A stretch of 10,530 bases of DNA from Okeania sp. Lineage in GTDB: Bacteria > Cyanobacteriota > Cyanobacteriia > Cyanobacteriales > Microcoleaceae. Location: positions 1-10,530 of the forward strand of contig NZ_JAYKGW010000203.1 in NCBI RefSeq assembly GCF_035285525.1, read 5' to 3'. Below the pieces are notes generated by a model, which was given only the letters and a program-made list of their open reading frames with translations, had not been told where the DNA came from and made no database searches. The position numbers and the translations under genes were made by a program. Shown piece by piece: positions 1-5,907 of this stretch (position 1 is the stretch's first letter; every line of letters starts with the position of its first letter).

Positions 1-210
1 CGCTCAATGCTTACTATTGTGCAATAGATAATTTTCTGATAGCGCTCAATGCTTACTATTGTGCAATAGATAATTTTCTGATGGCTATCAATGCTTACTA
101 TTGTGCAATAGATAATTTTCTGATGGCTATCAATGCTTACTATTGTGCAATAGATAATTTTCTGATAGCGCTCAATGCTTAACTATTCCACAATAGATAA
201 TTTTTTTTTG
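1..210. repeat. Tandem array of a 42-bp unit: 4 full copies (1-42, 43-84, 85-126, 127-168) plus a degenerate fifth (169-~210). The array continues beyond the left window edge.
   Basis: Unit is cgctcaatgcttactattgtgcaatagataattttctgatag. The copies differ only at the junctions (..atagCGCTc.. versus ..atggCTATc..). Each unit holds the palindrome CTATTG-tg-CAATAG. The fifth unit has a 1-nt insertion (gcttAactatt) and ends in a T9 run. Confidence 0.95.
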
Positions 211-211
211 C

Positions 212-254
212 ACTTACGCAGGCAAATCCAGAAACCAGATTTATTTGTGTAAGT
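212..254 (+). repeat. Short hairpin repeat, family copy R1 (ACTTACGCAG...TGTGTAAGT)
   Basis: The 5' arm ACTTACGCAGGCAAATC pairs with the 3' arm GATTTATTTGTGTAAGT. Three of the four non-Watson-Crick positions are G.T (G.U) on the + strand and the fourth is a C.A mismatch. About 85% identical to 9479-9519. Confidence 0.8.
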
Positions 255-300
255 TACAGCCATTTTTCTTAAACAAACCCAGCTTATTAATTTTGATAGA

Positions 301-392
301 ACTTACGCAGAAACCGGGTTTATCAAAGAAATTTGGTGATTTGAGCAACAAGAACGGTAATAAACCCGGTTTCTTGATTGCTTTGCGTAAGT
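301..392 (+). repeat. Long-hairpin (MITE-like) element R2
   Basis: ACTTACGCA (301-309) plus GAAACCGGGTTTA (310-322) pairs with TAAACCCGGTTTC (361-373) and TGCGTAAGT (384-392). There is a 10-nt bulge (374-383) on the 3' arm and a ~38-nt loop. Confidence 0.8.
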
Positions 393-424
393 CTGGTTTG
401 ATTGAAAGTAAGAGGAAACCTAAT

Positions 425-1600
425 ATGTCAGAGCAGAACAAAAGTCAATGGGAAAAAAATGCCGAACGGCAAAAAGATGACGATCGCCGTAGAAGAGACA
501 AAGAAGAGTGGAAAGCATTTCAGGAAGCAGAGAACGCTAGAAGAAAACGGGACAGCTATTATTCTCGTCAAGAAGCAGAGGCTACTTTGAATATACTAGA
601 AGCATTACTAGCTTTATGTTGTAGCGCAACAAAATTAATTATCAAAAGTTTTACTAAACCCAAAGAAATCCAAGAAATAATAGATAATGCTCTCGACAAT
701 ATTCCTATCATTGGATGGCTCAATGGCTGGATCGAACAATTCAATCAAGATATTAAGAAAAGTGAAGACGCATTCAAGAAATTCGGTAGTAATTATTGGA
801 TTCGCTGGTATTTGTTGTCATCTGTCAATGCCATTATGATGTCTATTTACCGATGCGGAGTAATCTGGCTTTTTTTAGTATTTTGGTCTTGGTTTTTCTC
901 ATATTCTGTGGGAACTATAATCCCGGAAGGAGTTATAACAATATCGAGTTCGGGTAAAGATTTATTCATTGTACTTGGAGAAAAAGTTGGCTTCCTCGCT
1001 CAAATATTTATCAAGTACGTTCCAATAAATGTTGCATTAATTTGGTGGCTGGCTATGGGACCACCAGCAGTCCGTCAAAATCAATTAATAAATCTAGTAA
1101 TTAAAACACTTCCCTTCCTGATTAAAACACTTGTAGATATTACTTACTGGACTATTTGGTTATTCGTCTATCCATTGATAGCATTGGTTTTATCTTTACT
1201 TTTAGCAGGCACAGGAATTTTGATAAACTCATTAATTTCAACTGCTTTTACTAACCAAGATGGATTTGTTTTCGTTTTGGAAAAATTTGTAGATAATTTC
1301 AGTTCTATCATTGCATTTGTCGGCGAGACAATATATCTGAGGTTCCCACCATCACACATACGCAGGGGTATGACCTGCTTAACCATAGCTAAAATTCTTG
1401 CAGGTTTGTTGTTTTTGCAACAGCCCCAACTGGCTAGTTTAATAGATACTCTGGAAATGCCGTTTTTAATTAGCTTGATGCGTGGTTGGTTAATAGCACA
1501 AATATTGTGGCTCTTCATCGCTGATACTTTTGTGCGAAAGGCTATTTTATGGTGTTTCCATCAGGGAACATCTATTGGGAGAAGCAGTCGTTCAGAATAG
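425..1600 (+). CDS. Multi-pass integral membrane protein of unrecognised family (391 aa). It has a highly charged N-terminal ~50 aa followed by roughly 7-9 hydrophobic helices.
   Basis: Long ORF in AT-rich DNA. ATG 425 is preceded by AGAGGAAA (411-418). The N-terminus is MSEQNKSQWEKNAERQKDDDRRRRDKEEW..., followed by W/F/L/I-rich segments such as VIWLFLVFWSWFF and WTIWLFVYPLIALVLSLLLAG. The TTG-245 extension consists of the R1/R2 repeats, so I do not treat it as coding. Confidence 0.7.
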   Translation: MSEQNKSQWEKNAERQKDDDRRRRDKEEWKAFQEAENARRKRDSYYSRQEAEATLNILEALLALCCSATKLIIKSFTKPKEIQEIIDNALDNIPIIGWLNGWIEQFNQDIKKSEDAFKKFGSNYWIRWYLLSSVNAIMMSIYRCGVIWLFLVFWSWFFSYSVGTIIPEGVITISSSGKDLFIVLGEKVGFLAQIFIKYVPINVALIWWLAMGPPAVRQNQLINLVIKTLPFLIKTLVDITYWTIWLFVYPLIALVLSLLLAGTGILINSLISTAFTNQDGFVFVLEKFVDNFSSIIAFVGETIYLRFPPSHIRRGMTCLTIAKILAGLLFLQQPQLASLIDTLEMPFLISLMRGWLIAQILWLFIADTFVRKAILWCFHQGTSIGRSSRSE

Positions 1601-1603
1601 TTA

Positions 1604-1693
1604 GGACTTGCATAATTAAAGAAACTGGGTTTATTGCCCTAGTTATTATTTTTCGCTTTCACCCGTTGATAAATCCGGTTTCTGCGTAAGCCC
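1604..1693 (+). repeat. Long-hairpin element R3. Same family as R2 but in the opposite orientation (bulge on the 5' arm).
   Basis: GGACTTGCA-taattaaa-GAAACTGGGTTTAT (1604-1634) pairs with ATAAATCCGGTTTC-TGCGTAAG (1669-1690). Both internal non-Watson-Crick pairs are G.U on the + strand. It begins 4 nt after the stop codon of the 425-1600 CDS and may also terminate it. Confidence 0.7.
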
Positions 1694-1730
1694 TAGTCAA
1701 AAACGACAAAATGTGATAATTATAAACAAA

Positions 1731-1807
1731 GTCAGACTTAACAATTATATCAGGAGGAATCTACTATGAAATACCAAGCTTTTTTCAGTTATATAGAATC
1801 CGGGTAA
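1731..1807 (+). pseudogene. Remnant of the leader, RBS and first ~9 codons of a paralogue of the TPR gene at 9572
   Basis: 1731-1792 matches 9537-9598 at 54 of 62 positions. The match includes CAGGAGGAAT, the ATG (1766) and MKY..FFSY. Homology stops at ~1792 and the frame ends after 13 codons (MKYQAFFSYIESG*). Confidence 0.6.
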
Positions 1808-2010
1808 TTAGTTATCGTAGTTTGTAACACAGCCTTCAAGGCTGTAACAAGCAGGATGCTTGAACTGCAAAATTGAATCTTTAAGTAGTTATAGAGCTAT
1901 AAACGTACACTGTATAACCGGATTATATATTATTTAACCATAAGTTATGTTCTAATTTTAACCCCCTGTTAAATTAAGATTGGTTCAAATAGAAATAAGC
2001 AAGGTCATTT

Positions 2011-3195
2011 ATGAGCAAAATCAGGTTTTTGATTATCACTTTAATCAGCTTTTTAACTGTTGTATTGCCGACTATACTAAACAAAACTTTCTCTATTTTT
2101 CTCTGTGGTTTACTGAGTTTTAATTCAGTGGGATGTTATGCAAACTTTAAGGATAATTCTGCCCAGGCAACTTTATCTCCCACTAATACTGAAATAACTA
2201 AAGTATCAATCACAATCGGACAAATACCCAGAGCCAGAAAACCAAATATTAATTTGGATTTGCAACAGGCACTACCACAGGATTTTTTGATTACTACTCA
2301 AATGCCTTTTAGTTCTGGTAAAAGAGAAATTTATCTCATTTCTCCCTCAACCAAAGCTCAACAAATTTATACAGTTAATTTACCTAATGCCAGGTTTCAA
2401 TTATATGGAATTAAATTTCAAAATATACCTGTTATTGATGAGAGTAAATTAACCAAAAGAAATCGCCTAATTCTTAATAGAATTAAGCCTGAAAGTCTCA
2501 ATGATTTTCAAGTCGCATTTGAAAACAATAAATTATCAAAAATTGTTCTAGCTAACGGCAATCAAGGAGAATTTACTGACACTCAAGCTATTATTAAATC
2601 AGCTAATGGTCAAATAATAGAAACTATTGATTTTTCCCAGGTAAATCGAACTGAAGAAACTTTAATTGCTACTACTAAGTCGATGTTATTAACATCATCT
2701 AACTGCAATCAAAATGTTAGTTCAAAATTAGATAATATAGCCGACTTTGTTGGAGTTCAGGGAAATAAACTAGCCTCTAGTGAAAATCAAATTACTCGAA
2801 ATGTCGGATTAGCTTTAGCTGCTACTTCTGCGGCCTTAAAAAATAATATTAATTCTAGACAATCCCTACCTATTGCTAGCTGTGAACGAGCTGTTCAATG
2901 TAATGAAAAGCGGGTAAGTGGAGCTAGTGAAATGAGAAGCGATTTATTTGAAATTCCTAGAGGAGCTAATCCTAAAGTTGCTTTAGAATACGATTTTTTT
3001 GACATTCCCGACACTATTGAACTGTATTTAGATGGTAAAACAATCTATTCTGATGGTCCTAAATCAGAACGACATCAAAGAACATTAGATTTACCAAATA
3101 ATGCAGAATATGTTGGGGTGCGCTTGATTGGAAATCTAGACCCAAAAACTCGATGGTGGTATGTAATTTCTTGTTCCGAAAGTGCAATAGAATAA
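2011..3195 (+). CDS. Hypothetical exported or membrane-anchored protein (394 aa), family not recognised
   Basis: Long ORF with an ATG and AAGG about 8 nt upstream. Hydrophobic N-terminus (MSKIRFLIITLISFLTVVLPTIL...FLCGLLSFNSVGC). Polar N/Q/S/T-rich body. Cys-containing C-terminal segment ...EYDFFDIPDTIELYLDGKTIYSDG...WWYVISC. Confidence 0.65.
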   Translation: MSKIRFLIITLISFLTVVLPTILNKTFSIFLCGLLSFNSVGCYANFKDNSAQATLSPTNTEITKVSITIGQIPRARKPNINLDLQQALPQDFLITTQMPFSSGKREIYLISPSTKAQQIYTVNLPNARFQLYGIKFQNIPVIDESKLTKRNRLILNRIKPESLNDFQVAFENNKLSKIVLANGNQGEFTDTQAIIKSANGQIIETIDFSQVNRTEETLIATTKSMLLTSSNCNQNVSSKLDNIADFVGVQGNKLASSENQITRNVGLALAATSAALKNNINSRQSLPIASCERAVQCNEKRVSGASEMRSDLFEIPRGANPKVALEYDFFDIPDTIELYLDGKTIYSDGPKSERHQRTLDLPNNAEYVGVRLIGNLDPKTRWWYVISCSESAIE

Positions 3196-3494
3196 CCAAC
3201 GCTCCTTGTGGTGATGATGAAATACAGGTTTCTTATGATCAAAAGTCTGAAAATTATCATAGTTACAAAGTAGACAATGAAGCTTGCTTCCTTAACACTC
3301 AGGGTTATAATGTTAATTTTGTTTTTAACGTTATGGTCAGTAATAAACAATTTATTGCGCCAGACCATGAAAGTCAAAAAAAAGTTGAGAATTGCCAAAC
3401 AACAGATTTGAATATATTCGGTCTGTTTGGTAAAGATACTATTAGAACAACTATCAATAAACCTAATAATTATATCACAAACTACACGAGATAA
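3153..3494 (+). CDS. ORF of uncertain status overlapping the end of the previous gene. It could be a separate small protein or a -1-frame continuation of 2011-3195.
   Basis: This frame is open from 3102. The translation looks like a soluble protein (CGDDEIQVSYDQKSENYHSYKVDNEACFLNTQGYNVNF...). There is no obvious RBS. A 113-codon open frame is unusual by chance in DNA this AT-rich, but the opposite strand is also open here. Confidence 0.3.
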   Translation: MVVCNFLFRKCNRITNAPCGDDEIQVSYDQKSENYHSYKVDNEACFLNTQGYNVNFVFNVMVSNKQFIAPDHESQKKVENCQTTDLNIFGLFGKDTIRTTINKPNNYITNYTR

Positions 3495-3710
3495 AATCAT
3501 GTTTTAAACCCTGGTAAAATAACTATAAAAATTGTTGAAAAAAAATGGAAAAATATATGTTCTTACTTGGGGAGAAAGTACAGGAATTTTGCCGACATTG
3601 AATGAGTAGCTGTCTGGAAGTTTATGGGGAGAAGTCGATAAAAAATTAATAAAAAAAAGTCAACGAAATTTTATCTAATAAAATCTACTCTCTACCAGAG
3701 TAAAAATATT

Positions 3711-3740
3711 TTGCCAAAGCCGTAAATTTGGCAATATAAT
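3711..3740 (+). promoter_or_regulatory. Candidate sigma70-type promoter (TTGCCA-N18-TATAAT) with an embedded 8-bp inverted repeat
   Basis: TTGCCA at 3711-3716 and TATAAT at 3735-3740, about 130 nt upstream of ATG 3873. TTGCCAAA (3711-3718) and TTTGGCAA (3727-3734) form a perfect inverted repeat spanning the spacer. Confidence 0.35.
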
Positions 3741-3872
3741 ACTAAAAATCTAACCAACTAGGTACAAATTTGAATTGGTAAAATTATTGTACTGTGCACA
3801 TCTAGCTCACGATATTTCTACCTCGTAACAACGGGGAGTGCTGTAACAATCTGATTAAGGAGAATTAAAACT

Positions 3873-5393
3873 ATGAAAAGAAAACATAAATTATTTATCT
3901 TAAGTCTACTTTTAGTCTTACTTCTGAAAATTGGTTTCTCATGGCAAATAGCGATCGCTAAACCCACACCCACCAACCAACAACCAGAAAAAATTAGCCA
4001 AACAGAAGCCACTCCCACTGAAACCGAAACCGAAACCGAAACTAAAGTAGATACTGAAGCAGAAGACTCCTACGAAACCCTGCTCGAAGCAGATTTTCTG
4101 TATCAGCAAGGAGAAAGAGAAGCAGCAGAAGAACTTTACCGAAAAGTCAAAACACCCTTTGCATCTCATCAAAACACCATGTTTTCAGACCCCATAAACA
4201 ACACCGAAAATTTACCAACCGAGATTCAAACCGAGTGGGAAGAAGCAAAAAATGCTGCTGACAAAAATGATAATCTGGAGATGTTGCAAGAGTTTGTAGC
4301 ACAACATCCAGAATTTGTTCCTGGTCATTTATTCTTAGCTAAAACATTACAAAAGAACGAAAAGAAAAAAGAAGCTCTGCAAGTTCTAGAAAAAGCCTCC
4401 AGTATTTTTCCCGACTCAGTAGAAATAGTTGAAGCTCATGTCAAAGCACTGAGAAAAGAAAAAGACTATTTAGAAGCATCCATCGCAGCTCGTCAATTTG
4501 TGTTAGTTAATCCAGAGCATCCAGAAGCAGCAAGGTTTCTAGAAATTGCTGACGAGAACTTTGAGAAATTCCAGAAGAAAATTAAGGGGCAAATGGTAGG
4601 CAAAGGTATCTTGGGAACAGCTATCCGAGTTGGTGGTTGCGCTGTACTCGGTAATTGTAATGTATTGGGAACTGTTCTGGGAGAAGGCATTAAAATGGGT
4701 AGTTTGCTGCTCCAAGGAGAATCAGGTTTAGGCAGTCGAGTAGCAGAAGCATATAAGAAACAACTCTCACTGGTGGAAGATGAGGAAGTAGTCGAATATG
4801 TGAGTAAAATTGGTAATTCTATTGCGGAGTTAATGGGTAGAGATGATTTTGAATACGAATTTTATGTAGTGAAAGATGATTCCCTCAATGCTTTTGCTTT
4901 ACCTGGGGGTAAAGTATTTGTGAATACTGGATCGATTCTTAATACTAATTCTGAAGCAGAGTTAGCAGGTTTACTTACCCATGAAGTTGCTCATGCAGTT
5001 CTTTCCCACGGTTTTCAAAGAGTTGTGACTACTAACTTGTACGATAGTGCAGGGGGTGTTGTTCGTGATGCGTTAAAAACTAACATTCCTATTAGCAGTA
5101 TTGCTACAAGTTTGATTAGTTTACGTTACAGTCGGAGCAATGAGCGTCAAGCGGATATTGTTGGTACTCGTGTTTTAGCTACTGCTGGTTATGCTGCTGA
5201 TGGTTTAAGAAATTTTATGGCAACTCTGGATGAAAAAAAAGGTGGTAAACGTTCTTTGGGTTTTCTTTCCAGTCACCCCCAGTCAGATGATCGGGTTGAC
5301 TATCTGGAACAATTAATTGAATATAATGGTTACAATCGTTATGCTTTTGAAGGAGTGGAGAAACATAGAGGGATTCAGGAAAAGTTAATGTAA
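3873..5393 (+). CDS. M48-family zinc metallopeptidase (506 aa) with a signal peptide and an N-terminal helical, TPR-like region
   Basis: AAGGAG at 3858-3863 precedes the ATG. Signal-like MKRKHKLFILSLLLVLLLKIGFSWQIAIA. Family motifs present: NAFALPGGKVFVNTG, HEVAH (4980-4994) and the downstream SRSNERQADIVGTRVLATAGY. Confidence 0.9.
   Translation: MKRKHKLFILSLLLVLLLKIGFSWQIAIAKPTPTNQQPEKISQTEATPTETETETETKVDTEAEDSYETLLEADFLYQQGEREAAEELYRKVKTPFASHQNTMFSDPINNTENLPTEIQTEWEEAKNAADKNDNLEMLQEFVAQHPEFVPGHLFLAKTLQKNEKKKEALQVLEKASSIFPDSVEIVEAHVKALRKEKDYLEASIAARQFVLVNPEHPEAARFLEIADENFEKFQKKIKGQMVGKGILGTAIRVGGCAVLGNCNVLGTVLGEGIKMGSLLLQGESGLGSRVAEAYKKQLSLVEDEEVVEYVSKIGNSIAELMGRDDFEYEFYVVKDDSLNAFALPGGKVFVNTGSILNTNSEAELAGLLTHEVAHAVLSHGFQRVVTTNLYDSAGGVVRDALKTNIPISSIATSLISLRYSRSNERQADIVGTRVLATAGYAADGLRNFMATLDEKKGGKRSLGFLSSHPQSDDRVDYLEQLIEYNGYNRYAFEGVEKHRGIQEKLM
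4020..4043 (+). repeat. Hexanucleotide repeat (GAAACC)x3 plus GAAACT inside the M48 gene, encoding (ET)4
   Basis: gaaaccgaaaccgaaaccgaaact, read directly; in frame. Confidence 0.85.
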
Positions 5394-5409
5394 AAAATGG
5401 AGCGATCTA

Positions 5410-5553
5410 ATATCATGTCGGGATAAGAGCCCAATCAAAAAAACTTGCTCCTCCTTTTCCTCTCTTGGGAAGGGTTAGGGGTGGGTTAACTTGTAATTCA
5501 TTCCTCCTGACTCTTTCCCTCTTTATCTATAACTATTTAATCGGACATGATAT
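5410..5553. repeat. Segment of ~145 bp bounded by inverted repeats (possible MITE or decayed element) just downstream of the M48 gene
   Basis: ATATCATGTC (5410-5419) and GACATGATAT (5544-5553) are perfect 10-bp inverted repeats, with partial extension (..GGGAT / ATCGGA..). The interior is rich in polypyrimidine and polypurine tracts. Confidence 0.4.
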
Positions 5554-5608
5554 AACTCCACAATTTCCATTCTTTAGTGTAAAAGGGCGATCGGTAGCAA
5601 TGGAACAG

Positions 5609-5646
5609 ACTTACGCAGACTCTAGATATAGTGCCTTTGTGTAAGT
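5609..5646 (+). repeat. Short hairpin repeat, family copy R4
   Basis: ACTTACGCAG (5609-5618) pairs with TTGTGTAAGT (5637-5646) through two G.U positions. It is followed by AGTCCTG (5645-5651) ... CAGGACT (5673-5679). Confidence 0.75.
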
Positions 5647-5702
5647 CCTGAAACAATGAAAATTTATGCACACAGGACTAAAGCCATGAACGTTATTAGT
5701 AG

Positions 5703-5729
5703 GGTGCGTTAGCCTCAGCATAACGCACC
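5703..5729. other. Perfect 9-bp stem with a 9-nt loop
   Basis: GGTGCGTTA-gcctcagca-TAACGCACC, read directly. Confidence 0.7.
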
Positions 5730-5733
5730 GATA

Positions 5734-5763
5734 CGCTATATATAGCGCCTTTCCGTAAGTCCT
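5734..5763 (+). repeat. Partial hairpin-family copy R5 (3' arm only) preceded by a perfect 14-bp palindrome
   Basis: CGCTATATATAGCG (5734-5747) then CCTTTCCGTAAGTCCT. This parallels tagatatagtgCCTTTGTGTAAGTCCT at 5624-5649. Confidence 0.5.
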
Positions 5764-5907
5764 ATCACAGTTAAAGCAATGTGCGCACTTAATATTTACA
5801 AATCACAGGAACTGTCCAATAACTAAAAGTCTTATTTTATTAAGCAATTTATTCCTTCTGTTCCCTGCGCACAGCGCTATATTATTTGGGAAATCAATCA
5901 AATAATT

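Noticed and set aside
12-23. The AYYCA peptide in the repeat translation resembles the immunoglobulin framework motif YYCA
   Set aside because: A four-residue coincidence in a bacterial AT-rich repeat, with no supporting context.
1-210. The 42-bp repeats considered as a CRISPR array
   Set aside because: The units are directly adjacent with no unique spacers between them. This is a plain tandem repeat.
245-424. N-terminal extension of the membrane protein ORF (TTG start at 245), and ORF 241-441 on the minus strand
   Set aside because: The region consists of the dispersed hairpin repeats R1 and R2. Both strands are open simply because of the palindromic repeat content. ATG 425, which has an upstream purine-rich RBS, is the credible start.
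402-590. 62-aa + strand ORF overlapping the start of the 425-1600 CDS
   Set aside because: It is an alternative frame of the lysine/arginine-rich charged head of the real gene, a low-complexity shadow ORF.
1168-1518. 116-aa minus-strand ORF
   Set aside because: It lies entirely inside the 425-1600 CDS on the opposite strand, has no start context, and has the composition typical of an antisense shadow.
1796-1926. Possible small MITE bounded by AATCCGGGTAAT / ATAACCGGATT, placed exactly where the TPR-leader paralogy ends
   Set aside because: Only a ~7-bp perfect core (AATCCGG/CCGGATT) supports it, and the flanking TATA-type duplication is ambiguous in AT-rich DNA. It is plausible but not supportable from this window alone.
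3075-3500. 141-aa minus-strand ORF
   Set aside because: It overlaps the end of the 2011-3195 CDS and the + strand ORF 3153-3494. The translation is I/F/L-rich with no recognisable features, so it is most likely an antisense shadow.
3824-3848. NtcA-type site (GTA-N8-TAC) near the GTAACA repeats
   Set aside because: The required TAC half-site at 8-nt spacing is absent.
3818-4690. Minus-strand ORFs 3818-4018, 3939-4172 and 4493-4690
   Set aside because: All are embedded antisense in the well-supported M48 peptidase CDS.
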